Positions 13,551-27,341 of a stretch of DNA of 64,000 bases are shown here, one piece after another (position 1 is the first letter of the stretch; every line of letters begins with the position of its first letter). The DNA is from Lama glama (Eukaryota): assembly GCA_028534125.1 (NCBI GenBank), contig CM052816.1, forward strand, positions 38,566,001 through 38,630,000, in the 5' to 3' direction. The notes beneath the pieces are model-generated. The model saw nothing but the letters and a program-made list of their open reading frames with translations, was not told where the DNA came from and ran no database searches. A program made the position numbers and the translations under genes.

Positions 13551-15095
13551 AAAATTTTAGAAATAGTGATTAAGTTTATAGCATGTTAAAATGTGATCAA
13601 TGAAGTCAATAACTATATCGTACTCTGTAGATCGATTATCACTAATTTTGTACTGAATGCATAATACATCATACTTATATCAAAGCAATTAAAATCTCAT
13701 GAGATAAACATGATCAGGTTCAGTTAATCCAGATGAGCCCCTAACACTGAAGTCTACTTAGTAAAACTGATTTTACCTGTGGGAAAAACAGGCAACAAAG
13801 ATGCATTCTGATGTAGGAAACATATATCAATATGACCAAATTTACCTCTTCTACCATTAAGTCTGTTTTATGAAATTCCCCCTATTGGTAGACACAAGAA
13901 GAACTATTTGGAGAGAAGTTTACAATATACTGGCTAGCTTACACATTAACATAAATTAGATCGTATAATTGAACACAATCTACTGTAGCCAGGTTTAGGG
14001 AACCAAAGGAAAATAACACGGGAAAGTTTTATTCTTGCAGAAAGGAAAACTTTGGAACCATCTAGAATCTTTCCTGGATCTACTGAATACAAGAAATGAA
14101 CATGCCTAGTACCTGATTACTAAGTTGTTAAATATCCAAAAGGAATGGTTTAAACGGACATAAAAACCCTTAAAAAAAAAAACTTGGTTTAATTTTAAAT
14201 TTTGGATAAGGCTAGCTCTAGGCAATGGAAATACAAGTTTTATTAAATATAGGCAGTACCCATTTACCCCAAGGAATTAAGAAATTCAATGTCTGATTAT
14301 AAGTCTCTGATTGAATAACTACCATTGGTATTATTAAGATCACAATATGCTAAAAGCGCTTTACCCATTAGAAAACTTTTCGTTAAATTGGTACCCAAAG
14401 AAGCCAAATGAAAATAATAATCAATAATGGCAAGGGCAGATAGTAATTAAAAGACACCATACAGTAATTATAATGATAAATATAGAGCAAGACTAAGATT
14501 AGTGACCATCTTTGTGTTTAAATCATTCCTGGAGATGTCCCCTTTCCAAAAGTTTTCTTTTCCTTTAGAATTTGTTGATGTAGGAAGCAGACCCCCAAGT
14601 ACTTTAAGTTGGGATTTTACAATTCTCAAGTATATACATTATGTCTGATGGAAGGATGCCATTTTCAGATGGCAATATTTTTTTAAGCACCAGTAAGAAA
14701 GTAATAAAAAGGAGCTTGCAATAGGCAAAATTATTCCGAATGGTTGGCCCAAAAAAGGTGACTGCAGGTGCAACTAAAATTTTAATGCTGGAAATATTTT
14801 AATATAGTCATTAGGTATTTTGAAAATACATGTTCTTTCTAAGAAAAAAATTTCTCATAGAGAAAAATTATGTCATAGGATCAACAATAAACACAAATAT
14901 GTTTATATGAACATCAAAAAAAGTTTAGAAATAAGTATTATGGTCAAAGTTAGAAAAAGTTCAGTAATTACAAACATCATTTCTAAATTACCCAAAGTTA
15001 TTTTAGAGTCCCAAAAGTATAGAGCCTCCTCTCTTATGCTAAAATAATTATTATAAAAGTCAAACAAATCAATTTTTCTCAAGAAACACAGTATT

Positions 15096-17740
15096 TGAGG
15101 GGCTTGAAGATGGCAGAATAGAAGGACATGGAGCTCACCTTCTTGCACCAATACAAAAAAAAATACACTACATGTGGAACAATTTCACAAAATACCTACT
15201 GAACTCTGGTAGCAGATCATGTACAAGTAGAACTATAAGAAAAATCTTCATGAAGCCTACCAGGAGGAAAAAGAGAGAAATGAGACAGGACCTGCACCTG
15301 GGGAGGGAGCAGCAAAAGAAAAAAAGCACCCTCACCCTGGGAAGTCCCCTCTCTAGCAGGGAGGTCAGCTGGGACAGAAGGGTAGCTTCAGAGGCTCAGA
15401 GGGGAACATGGTAGCTGCTCTGCGGCAAACAGAATGGAGAAAAACCGGCATAGAGGATGTGAGTGGTCCCTAGCCCAAGTCAACCAAAACTGAATCAAGA
15501 AGAAATAGATAATTTGAACAGACTGATCACTAGAAGTAAAATAGAATCTATAATTAAAAAAAAAAAAAACTCCCTGCAAACAAAAATCCAGGACTGGATG
15601 GCTTCACTGGGGAAGCCTATCAAACATACAAAGAACTTGCATTAACCTTTCTCAAACTCTTCCAAAAGATTGACAGGGAGGGAAACTCCCAAACACAGTC
15701 TATGAAGCCATCATCACCCTGATACCAAAACCAGACAAAGACACTACCATAAAAGAAAATTAAAGGTCAACATCTTTAATGAACATAGGTACAAAAATTC
15801 TCAACAAAATATCAGCAAACCAAATCAAACAACACATAAAAAGATCACACACTGTGATCAAGTTGGATTCATCCCAGGGACACAAGGATGGTTCAACATA
15901 CATAAATCAATCAATGTGATACATCACATCAACAAAAGAAAAGATAAAAATCATATGATCATCTCAATAGATGCATAAAAAGTATTCAACAAAATTCAAC
16001 ATCCATTCATGATAAAAATAAATTCTTAACAAAGTGGGCATAGGGGGAACATATCTCAACATAATAAAAGTTATTTATGACAAATCCACAGCCAACATAA
16101 AACTCAACAGTAAAAAGCTTAAAGCTTTCCCACTAAAAACTAGAATAAGACAAGAATGCCCACTCTCACAATTTCTATTCAATAAAATATTGGCAGTCCT
16201 AGCCATGGCAATCAAAGAAGAAAAGAGATAAAAGGGACTCAGATTGGAAGAGAAAAGGTAAAATTATCACTACATGGAGATGACATGATACTGTATATAG
16301 AAAACTCTAAAGACTCCATGCCAACAACTACGAGAGCTGATAAATGAATTCAGCAAGGAGGCAGGATACAAGAATAACATACAGAAATCTGTGGCACTTC
16401 TTCACACTAACAATGAAATATCAAAAAAAGAATGTCATAATGCTATCCCTTTTAAAATCGCATCAAAAAAATAAAATACTTCAAAATAAACCTGACCAAG
16501 GAGGTGAAAGACTTATACATGGAGAACTATAAATGACTAATTAAGGAAATTAAAGATGATTTAAAGAAGTAGAAAGATATCCTATGCTTCTGGATTACAA
16601 GAATTAATATTGTTAAAATGGCCACACTACCCAAGGCAATCTACAGATTCAATGTAATCCCTATCAAACTACCCAGGACATTTTTCATAAAACTAAACAA
16701 ATAATCCAAAAAATTATATGGAATCCCACATAAATCCCAATTCAAGACCCAAAATTGCCAAAGCAATACTGAAGAAAAATGAAACTGGAGGAATTACCCT
16801 CCCAGGCTTCAGACAATATTACAGAGCTACAGTAATCACAACAGCGTGGTATTGGCACAAAAACAGACATATAGATTAGTGAAACAGAATAGAGAGCCCA
16901 GAAATAAACCCACACACTTATGGTCAATTAAGCTTTGACAAAGGAGACAAGAATATAAAATGGAGAAAGACAGTCTCTTTGGCAAGTGGTATCTGGAAAA
17001 TCATACAGCTGCATATAAACCAATGAAGTTAGAACACTCCCTCACACCATACACAACAGTATACTCAAAATGACTTAAAGACTTAAACATATAAGACAAG
17101 ACAACATAACCCCCCTAGAAGAAAACACAGGCAAAACATTCTCCGATATAAATTGTAGCAATGTTCTCACAGGTCAGTGATCAAGGCAACAGAAATACAA
17201 ACAAAAATAAACAAATGGGACCTAATTAAACTTCCAAGCTTTTGCACAGCAAAGGAAACTATAAACAAAATGAAAAGACAACCTACAGAATGGGAGAAAA
17301 TATTTGCAAATGATGTGACTGACAAGGGATTGATTTCCAGAATATACAAACATGGAATACAATGAAATACTTTGGCCATTAAAAAGAATGAAATAATGCT
17401 ATTTCCAACACTGTGGATGGGCCTGGTGGCTGTCATACTAAGTGAAGGAAGTCAGAAAGAGAAACAAAAACTTATATATGGAATCAAAAAAAAAAAAAGA
17501 CAAAAATGAAGTTATTTACAAAACAAAAAACAGACTCAGAGCCATAGAAAATAAACGTATGGTTACCAGTGGGGAAATGGGATGAGGAGGGATACATTGG
17601 GAATTCAGGATTTACAGATACTAACTACTGTATATAAAATAAACAAGTCATACTTTATAGCAGAGGGAACTATATTCAGTATCTTGTAATAACCTATATT
17701 GAAAAAGAATATGAACAGAAATAAATACAGATGTTAAAAA
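15096..17740 (+). mobile_element. Cetartiodactyl L1 with intact 5' end, two internal deletions and a shortened 3' UTR; 15-bp TSD
   Basis: TSD aagaaacacag(t/c)att at 15081-15095 and 17741-17755. The 5' UTR starts 'gaggggcttgaagatggcagaatag'. ORF2/RT fragments present ('PKLNQEEIDNLNR', '[16 protein letters not shown]'). Confidence 0.95.
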
Positions 17741-18984
17741 AAGAAACACAGCATTAAATACAATGCTCAAGATTGAAATAAAGAAAATATTCCAATCAAT
17801 TCTATCCACAACTTTCTAGTGCACAAAAATTTTCAATTCTACAATTATCAAATGATAAACAAGAGAAAAACTGAAACATTTTAAAAAATAATTAAAAAGA
17901 CAAATCACCATTGGTGCATTTTAAGAGAAAACTGCAATTTCTTCACATTTTAATTTTGGTTAAATAGAAAAAAAGTAAAAGAAGTACCACAGATACGGCA
18001 CATTCTGATTCTGGTAACATTGTATTTGTATATCATGAAATCTTATTCAAAAATTAACTTAAATTGGCCTCCATAATATATTATAATATAGAATAAAACA
18101 CATTCTAACAGCTACAAAAGAAAGGAAATAATAATGAAAATACAGCCCACTGAGGAAGCAATTAAAGGCCTGAAAATGAATCTGTCCCATTTAACACCAT
18201 CAGTAACGGTTTGGAAGAAAGATTATGAAATTTTCAATTCATGATAAGTTGATGGTATTGCAAATTCCAGTAAGGAAAGAGAAGCTAGACAAATGGACCT
18301 AAATGAAAAGAAATAAAATTAGATTCAGTTTAGCAAAATTAAATTTAATATTGTACATTATCAGAAACGTAAATCATCAGTGGAAATGTAAGAGAGAAAT
18401 GTCAAATTAAACCCCTAGAATTAGATAAAAATTTGAGATGAGAGCAAGATGTGCCTAATAATAACCAAGTACAGTTCAAATTCACAGTCCTGAGTTTCTA
18501 TAGAATATACTTTTTTCAATCAAAAGAGTTCATTATGTGCATACTGACTGCTGTCTGTCAAACTCAACGAAGGAGTGAAATGATGAAATACCATTTTTTT
18601 TAGTCTGAGGTATCATAAAATTGAATTACACTTGCATACCTCTACCCACTTTATAAACTACTATATTAAAGTTATTTAATTGTTTTTTATGTCTGGATTA
18701 TAAGTGTTACATTTCTGAAAGGCAGGCAGGTAAGAATGAAGGAAAGAAGGAAGAGAAAGAAAACTTAGGAACCTGGAAAGGAAGAAAAATATTTAATATC
18801 CCCAAATGAACATTTGGTTGCCTACACGTTTCTTTTTATCTTCCACTTCTCCAAATACCTCTAGGTAGCACTGATCAGACAAAAAATTCTCACTTAGAAT
18901 CACGATACAAGTTCACATGACCCAAACAAATAATTACGGTCATCACAAAGTCAAATAACTAAAATAAAGATGAGAAGAAGAGAT

Positions 18985-19190
18985 AGAACATGGTTGAGTA
19001 CATTCTATATGACAGACAGGTTGTGTACATTATCAAGTTTAATTTTCACAATGACACTAAAAGGTTTATCATTTTAAAGAGGTCACTGAAAAATAAAAAG
19101 AAACTAGCCAAAGATCAAAGAACTAGTAGGAGGCAGAAAATTAATTAAAAGCTATATCTGTCTGAATCCAAACCTTTCAACTGTACCGCA
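18985..19190 (-). mobile_element. MIR SINE
   Basis: 'ttgagtacattctatatg...cattttaaagaggtcactga...tctgtctgaatccaaacc'. Confidence 0.55.
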
Positions 19191-19448
19191 TGTTCCTCAA
19201 ACTGTATTAAGCACCTTATAATACAAAACACTGAACTTTATCACTGGGTCGGCAGTCAAATGAAATAGAAGAAGAATAAAAAAAGAAGGAAGAAGAGAAG
19301 ATAAAAGAGGAGGAAGAAATGGCACTACTTATTTAAAATCCTAGTGAGGAATGGCATAACTACAGCTTAGAGGTCTGATCTGTAATAAGTCTCCCAGATT
19401 TTATAGAAGAGATTTCTCAGGCTAAATTCTGACAGATAAGGCTTCCTG

Positions 19449-19546
19449 GAGAAGAAAACCTTTAGTATGGGTAAAATTTGAATAAGAAAATCAGGGAGAG
19501 AAGAAAACCTTTAGTATGGGTAAGATCTGAGTAAGAAAATCAGGGA
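19449..19546 (+). repeat. Tandem duplication, 2 x 49 bp
   Basis: 'gagaagaaaacctttagtatgggtaa...aagaaaatcaggga' occurs twice with 3 mismatches. Confidence 0.9.
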
Positions 19547-21860
19547 GGGAAGAATTCCAAGGAGGGAAGCAGCACAATTTCAGGCAGGAATTGATGAGCA
19601 GCATAGAGGAAGAAAGGACCAAGTTCAGAACACCACATCTGCTCATATCCCCAAGTGAACTTTCATTTTTTAACATCTTTTTATACTCTAACCAGCTTAG
19701 TTTTCCCCCTTTTTTTTGTGGTTTATTTACTAGACTTTAAAATTCACAGGAGTTTGCAATATTTAACTTTTGAGATAAAATCATGTCTCATAATCTAAAA
19801 TCTTTCAAGTGAGGCTGAATGTTCCATTTGACCAATTATTCCTACACAGCTGATGTTATTTGTTGCATTTTAAATTCTCATCCTTAAATTCACCCTGATT
19901 GAGCAATGATCTCCCTTTTGTGGTGATAGTTTTTTTTCTGTTAAGTGGTCATGCTATTTATTTCCAGAAAGTCTGCATAGGACCCACCACCAGGAGCTAG
20001 TTTCTACTGGGACTTATGGTGCAAAACACGGCTAAGTTTTTCGTATATAACATTATCAAGGTCTTAACCCATCGATATTTTGTGCCCAAACAACAGGTGC
20101 ACTGTTGAACAATAGAAGTGAATAGCTTAGGAATAAAGCAAATCTATTACCCCTACTCACTTATGTTACCTAACATTACTCTCCAAAAGGACATCTTTTT
20201 CCTTAGAAACCAGTTTTCATCTTCCACTTTTTCTTGCTTCCTTGGAAGACAGACAATATTTATGCAGAGTTAAATTATCAAAAGAGGATAATGGGTAAAA
20301 CATGAAACTGTTCAGCTAAAATAACTTATGGGACAACATTTTTATAAATCTTAAGAATGCAATTTTGTCTCCTATTCTTATATCTGCCTCCAAGACCCAT
20401 GAATCCCAGTTGAGTGAAATCTCATTGTCAATGAATATCCCTAATTGCAGAGATGCTTCTGTAATGAGGCTCTTAACTCTCAAAACTCAGCCCTTCATGC
20501 AATTAGTCAATAATTCGACTACTGTTTACTTAACACTTATATTAGGAGATGTTCTAAGCACAGTAAACTACAGTAAACAAATTTTCTGTTCTAAAGGACC
20601 TCAAGTGGAAGGAAACCAATATAAATAAATATACAGTTAAATGTACCGTATGTCAGGTGAGAAGTGCTACAGAGAAAGTCAAAGCAAAGTAAACCAGCAC
20701 AGAAAGCTAGAGGCAGTAGAGAAAGAGGTTGCCAGTCTATATAGGATGGTCATCGGGGCAGTAGTATGGACAACCCAGAGGAAAGTGAGGCTCATCTTGA
20801 ATGTAAAGAAACAGTACGCAGACAGAGACAGGATACAAACACTGAGACCATGCCTGGATAGTAAGGTCATTTGTGTGATATCAAGGAACTCTAAGCTGAT
20901 GGCCATCCAAGCCCAGAGCCCTAAAGGATTAACTAAATTGTGAAGAAGTTTCCAGAGCTACAAATTTCAGGCAGATAAAAAGGAGCCAAAGTCACATCAT
21001 AACAAAGAAATTTATCAAGAAGTGGAAATTCATAGAAACATAAGACCTGGAACTAAATGTGGTTCAGGAAGTGTAAACAGTAGCTACATTACATGATGCC
21101 CAGAATTAAAGCAAATCTAGAGCTTGTGACTGATGTCATGGTCCTGACACTTTATCACAGGATTTTTTGGGACTTGGCCCCAATTTCTCAGAGGAAATGA
21201 AGAGATTACATGATCTTTCCATGAATAATAAACCCTCAGTGCCTTAAAGTGTATAATGGGGAGGCCTGGTAGATACGGAGTTACACGACAGCTGAATGAA
21301 AGCCCTGGATTCCCCAACTTTTACCATAAGGTGGTTCTAAATTTCTCAGAAAATGATTTTATATATATACCAAGTGCCCTTGGATCAGAAAATGGAAGTA
21401 GAAATTATGAGACAGATTGTGAAGTATAAATATAGGTTAAATCACGGAATAATAATACACAGAGAGAAAGACAGTAACAATAATCTTTCTTTAAAATGGT
21501 CATGAATAATATGTAACTTCTGGGAAAATGTTAATGAGTCCACACCACACCTCTTCCTTCCTCCTATGATCATCTGTCTAGATACTTCCATTAACATCCT
21601 TTTAAGGTAATTGTCTATACACTTCCTTTACCATAAAAAAAGAGCAAAAAGGAAAAAAACTTAAAATGAACTCCTTAAACTCTAATCTCTTGTATCAGTA
21701 GCCCATAGACTCCTACACAAAATATCGACAATTTGATTAAAAATACATATATTGTTTAACAACGATTCCTTAAAACTATTTGTTATTATGATAGAAAACT
21801 GTGGGCATATTTAAGTTGCAGTCATAGATTTGGGGTTTTGCTTGGCTAAATTCTAGACAT

Positions 21861-22016
21861 TTAAGCAGCCATCCACGTATATTCTTCAAGTCGACTTCCG
21901 CCAGGAAAAGCAAGCCACTGGGAGTTGGTGGCAATGCTCCAAACCATGATGAACCGAGGCAATTTCATTTTTGTTGACCATTGCTTCAGGTCATTGTAAT
22001 TTAATGAGTAGTAATC
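21861..22016 (-). other. Candidate (last) exon of an unidentified minus-strand gene
   Basis: Acceptor 'catatttttaaatag|GATTAC'. Phase-0 frame is open for 51 codons (DYYSLNYNDLKQW...TWMAA*); phase 1 gives xLLLIKLQ*. Repeat-free and retains CpGs. Confidence 0.3.
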
Positions 22017-23779
22017 CTATTTAAAAATATGTTGCAGGCAGCAAGATGCCTGCTGGGAGAAAGTGGCTACGCACAAACAAATCAATATGCGTTGTGTGCT
22101 CTCAACCATTCAATAATCGATTCACCCTTGTTATAAGAAAATAGATGTCAAAGTCCCCAAAGTTAATTTCTGAAGAAAGCATTTACAAGGCTATCACATT
22201 ATTAAAAGTTTCCATGGGTTATCTTCTGTTTGTTTATTTGTTATTGAAATCTCTGTCCTGCATCTCACAATATCCCATTCAAGAATTCTAAGGAAATCCT
22301 AAAAGTAAATTCCAGCAGGAAGACTGGCTGCACTTCCTTACTATCACCAAAGTGTTACAGGCTTATTTGGACTAAAGCATTTTACAGACTCAACTCTTTT
22401 TTCCCCTCTAGTCTTACTTTTAAATATACCAGCTGCATTTAATAAGCTATCAAATAAGGCTTTCAGCAAGCTTAACTATAAAATGTCAGATCTTCTGCTT
22501 CATGGGTTATTCAGTAATTTTCAATTTCTCAAAATTTGTGCATTAAAAGAAGATAATGTATTCTTTAGACTAGTCAGAATTTGCAAAAGTCTTAGTTATA
22601 TGCTATGGGCTTTCAACATTTCCCTGTTGCCATAGAAATGGGTTTATGAAGGACTGAATCTGTGCAGCATAATCACAAACATTAAATTGGCATATAAAAG
22701 CATTCCAGCCTAGCATCTCTACTGTCTATGCTAATGGTTTCGCTGCTTTTATAGCAGTATCTCACCAGGCTGTAATTCATTCAAGAAGCCTTAAACACTC
22801 TGTCTCATTGAACTGGATTTCAGAGTGTCTTACACACTGTGTACCATTTTTCTTTTAGCTAGCTGAGCTCTCAGCACACCATCTTGCCACATCAATGAGT
22901 TCTCTGGACAAGAAATCAAACCAGAGAACTATACACATCAGAGTACCAAAAGCAGTGCATGAGTCTTACTCATCTGACTTCAATTAGAAGGATAATATGC
23001 GTGGTAAACGATATTCATTTTCTTTGATCCCAATCACACTGTCATTTAAATGAAACTGATTAAAAGTTCACTTCAGTGGATAAATATACTTGGTCATCTA
23101 CATCACTAAACTTAATTTCCTCTTATCTTTTTATCTCTAAGATGGCTACCCATCATTTTTAATGGCATGGCACTTACACATAAGAGTTGAACATGTTTAG
23201 GGTTTTGCCAGATTAATAACAAACTCCCTCTGCCATTAAACCAATCCAAAAAAAAAAAAAAAAAAAACTCAAGCTAGCCATCCAGGCAGCTTTGGAAAAG
23301 TAATAGTCTTAGACTTGTTCCTCAGCTATAAAGTTCACTCAGGATTCCCAACCCTTCTATTTTAATGGCTCAAAACTGATTTTAACTCCCTCTAGATCAA
23401 GAAAGCAGGTGTTCTCTTCTGCTATGTACCTAAACTGAAGTTAATTACATTCTTCCCTGTAACTAAAACTAGCAAGAATCAGAAATTAACAGCTACTTTA
23501 ATTCTTCTGTGAGTCATCTGTCAACGTAATGTGCTTTTAGAAGGGGCACCATTCAGCAACTTTTCACTTGATTATGGAGAAGTAGTTTCATTTGAGCTGA
23601 TGTCAGTAGTGTTACTTTTATCTTTACAAAGGTCAAGTCACTTCCATAATCCCCAAAGGAAACACTAAATTCAACTCATCCTAACCAGGTGAAGAAGAGA
23701 GTGCCATTTGTCAAAATAATCAAGTGTAACTGTTTTCCTCACACTTTGGTTGTAAAGCAAAGTCAAGAAAAATAAGACC

Positions 23780-24240
23780 TAGCGATTATTTGTTGGTTTT
23801 GCAGCCTAGCATCTGTCCCCGATTCTGGCGGTAATGACGCCCCCATTCTTACTCTATTTGATCTAGTGAGGCTGAATCTATTCTCACTAATGAAATGTAT
23901 AACTTTCACTTAAGATTTTCCACTGTTCAACCACAGGATCAGTTAGGGGAGGGCAAAAGATCCACATTAAACCAGTTACGGCAACAGATCTCAAATGCAG
24001 AAAGCAGGCTCTTTCCTCTGAAACTGATTTTGTGATGATATCAGTTTGATGCTCTTGGAGGAACAGAAGCCAACAAAGTAGAAAGCAGGGCTAAAAGATG
24101 GGAGAAACTAGAATTCTTATCATTGTTTCAGACTATGAATTCAGCTGTATGCTAGGACTTTCCAGTTACGTAAGCCAGATTGGGTCAGATTCTGTTTATT
24201 AAAAGGAAAGAAACACATTTGGGCTTCACAATTGGAAAAC
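23780..24240 (+). mobile_element. Ancient ERVL LTR (LTR16-like)
   Basis: 'gcagcctagcatctgtcccc..ttctgg', 'gactttccagttacgtaagcca'. Confidence 0.5.
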
Positions 24241-24496
24241 AAAGATTCTTGAAATCTACTCTGCTCTATCTAAAGATTGAGACATCACCTACCAGATGCA
24301 AAATATCACCTTTAACACAAGACATAAATAAAATATTACAATATTCAATAAAAAAGAGGGGAAAAAATGACAAATAGATGTCTATCAGAGCAAGTTAACT
24401 GCCTTTCTTAGTTTTAGTCAATTCTCTTTTTCCCCAGAATCTGAACACTTTCAGAAGTATCAGTTATAAGTAACATGAAGTTTACCTGATAACTGC

Positions 24497-24799
24497 TGTA
24501 GAAAAATTACTAGAAGCCTTAATTAAATGGAGTCAGGAGACCAGAAGGGGGCGCTTTCATGTCCTATAACAATAGCAGGGTCCAAGTGGAAGAAGACTTC
24601 TTTCCTGGCTAGGACTCAGCCACTGAAAAACCATGGACTCTTTGTTTATGCTAGCCCTCCCAACTTCCTTTTCCCCTCTATTAAAGTGTTCCCCTTCTTT
24701 GCCATGGTTGCAGGACCCAAATTGCTATTCTCTGCTGATCCTGAATAAATTTACCTCTGTTGGAGAAATATTTGGCAATCTATTCATTTTGGGTCAACA
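24497..24799 (+). mobile_element. Short ERV1-class solo LTR (~303 bp)
   Basis: TGTAG...CAACA ends, 'aatggagtc' near the 5' end, AATAAA near 24744, imperfect 4-bp TSD ctgc/atgc. Confidence 0.8.
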
Positions 24800-25749
24800 A
24801 TGCATATATTTATTTACCATAAATTGTAGGTCCATTGTGTTTGGTTTTTTTTTGTCTGAGAATAAAGAGTTAATGAGACATACCCCAGCATTTAAGGAGA
24901 TTATACTCAAATAGGAGATAAGGCAAAGAATAAAATAGACATTCTATTCATGGTTCCTCATTGCTTTTAAAATAAACTTGAATGGTAGGAAAAAAAACAA
25001 AGTAAAAAATAGTGTAAGAGGCTTTTAGAATTAATTAGTAAAGCAGATTCTCCCACGTTTTGTTTTATTAGCAAGTCCTGATAATCTAGTTAATGTTGGG
25101 CAAAAGGAAGTTTCATTTGAGCCAATACGATGGCTAGTCTTGTGAACTGCTTAGAGCATTCCTTAATTTCTCTCCTAGCAATCTTACATCCAGACTCATA
25201 TTTTTATCAGGACCAAAATTACAACCAACATAAGTTAAGGTCACAACTTCAACTGATATAAAAATTTCCTTTTAAATGTAAAATAAAATGCCAACAAAAG
25301 CATGAAGCAAGAAAAGTCACAACATTTCACCCATGTAAAATATGTGTTTTTCAGCACTTGCAGTACTAGCACACCAGGAAACATGTAACATATCTCTTCA
25401 AAAATATCTACCCAGGTTATAATATGATAAATGATACAAGTAAACTTTTTGAACCTGGAGGTCTCCCTTTATCTTCTTTGGCCTGCCTATCCTTGAGAAC
25501 GGTTTATCCCTTCCCCCTACAAAGTATATTACTTATTTTAACTATCTAATGAAGTATAATAGAATACTTAAAACTTTTAAATTCAGATAGATCTGTTTCA
25601 CTTTTCAAGGATGGGCAAAGTAATTCATCTCTCTGAGACTCAATCTCTTTATCCATGAAGAGAGAATAATAATAACTGACATAAGTGGTTGGGGAAGAAA
25701 TGGAATGAAATACATAAAGCACTTATTAGCAAAGGACTCACTCTGCCAT

Positions 25750-25872
25750 ATAGATGGACAGATAGATGGATGGATGATGGATGGATGGATGGATGGATAG
25801 ATGGATAGATAAGATAGAGGGATAGATGATTCATAGATAGATAAGATGGATAGATAGAAAGATAGATAGATA
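25750..25872 (+). repeat. Compound (GGAT)n/(GATA)n microsatellite
   Basis: Directly visible tetranucleotide array. Confidence 0.95.
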
Positions 25873-26036
25873 GTTAGCCCCCCCAAAAAACGATGCTAAA
25901 ATGTAAAATTGCAAGCCAACACATTATCTTAGAAGAGAGAAACTTTAGTCTAAGAATTGAAAATCTTTTGTGTTATGCGAATGATACGTCTGTACTGGTT
26001 TCCTCTTAATGCTCTAGAAAATTACCAGAAACAATA

Positions 26037-26536
26037 NNNNNNNNNNNNNNNNNNNNNNNNNNNNNNNNNNNNNNNNNNNNNNNNNNNNNNNNNNNNNNNN
26101 NNNNNNNNNNNNNNNNNNNNNNNNNNNNNNNNNNNNNNNNNNNNNNNNNNNNNNNNNNNNNNNNNNNNNNNNNNNNNNNNNNNNNNNNNNNNNNNNNNNN
26201 NNNNNNNNNNNNNNNNNNNNNNNNNNNNNNNNNNNNNNNNNNNNNNNNNNNNNNNNNNNNNNNNNNNNNNNNNNNNNNNNNNNNNNNNNNNNNNNNNNNN
26301 NNNNNNNNNNNNNNNNNNNNNNNNNNNNNNNNNNNNNNNNNNNNNNNNNNNNNNNNNNNNNNNNNNNNNNNNNNNNNNNNNNNNNNNNNNNNNNNNNNNN
26401 NNNNNNNNNNNNNNNNNNNNNNNNNNNNNNNNNNNNNNNNNNNNNNNNNNNNNNNNNNNNNNNNNNNNNNNNNNNNNNNNNNNNNNNNNNNNNNNNNNNN
26501 NNNNNNNNNNNNNNNNNNNNNNNNNNNNNNNNNNNN
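26037..26536. other. Assembly gap (500 N)
   Basis: Run of exactly 500 N. Confidence 1.
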
Positions 26537-26677
26537 ACTACTCAGCCATAAAAACCAACAACATAATGCCATTTGCAGCAACATGGATGCTCCTGGAGAA
26601 TGTCATTCTAAGTGAAGTAAGCCAGAAAGAGAAAGAAAAATATCATATGAGATCGCTCATATGTGGAATCTAAAAAA
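26537..26677 (+). mobile_element. Young L1 ORF2 C-terminus, emerging from the gap and ending at the stop codon
   Basis: 'YSAIKTNNIMPFAATWMLLENVILSEVSQKEKEKYHMRSLICGI*'; about 95% identical to the 29096-29237 minus copy. Confidence 0.9.
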
Positions 26678-27055
26678 TTCCAGGGATTCAAGAGCCCACT
26701 AAAATCCAAAAAAACTTTGATTGTAATCTTTTGTCAAATGTTAAAAAACATTCTCAGAATATTAACACTTTCAAATAGACATACTTATCAAAATTTCCCC
26801 TTATGTTTAATGTTTTTAATATCTTATTTAAGAAATATTTTCCTACAAGAATATCCTCCCATAATCTAATTGCTTGAAACTTTTATGTTTTTCATTAGCT
26901 CTATAACTTATACAATTTATTTTTGTATACGGTAGTAATGGGTTTTTTTTTCCACATTAAAGGAAAGGGTATTAACAACATTTACTGAATAATCTGCCTT
27001 TCCTTACCTATCATACACCAAGTACATAAAGTTTCCATTTAAGAATGAATTTACT

Positions 27056-27341
27056 ATTCTTATGGTTACCAAAGGGTGAAGGGGAGGGGAAGGGATAAAT
27101 TAGGAGTTTGAGATTAACAAATAGCACACTACTATATACAAAATAGATAAATAATAAGGACCTACTGTACAGCACAGGGAACTATATTCAATTTCTTGTA
27201 ATAAGCTGTAATGGAAAAGAATCTGAAAAATATATGTGTGTATATTATACAGTGTATATAACTGTATAACTGAATCATTTTGCTTCACACCTAACTAACA
27301 TTGTAAATCAACTACACTTCAATAAAAAATAAAATGAAAAA
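27056..27341 (+). mobile_element. 5'-truncated L1 3' UTR with perfect 15-bp TSD
   Basis: TSD aagaatgaatttact at 27041-27055 and 27342-27356; TT/AAGA target; AATAAA plus A-rich tail. Confidence 0.95.

Noticed and set aside
25957..26673. Longest ORFs in the track (238 and 192 aa)
   Set aside because: Artefacts of the 500-N gap; the real part is an L1 ORF2 tail.
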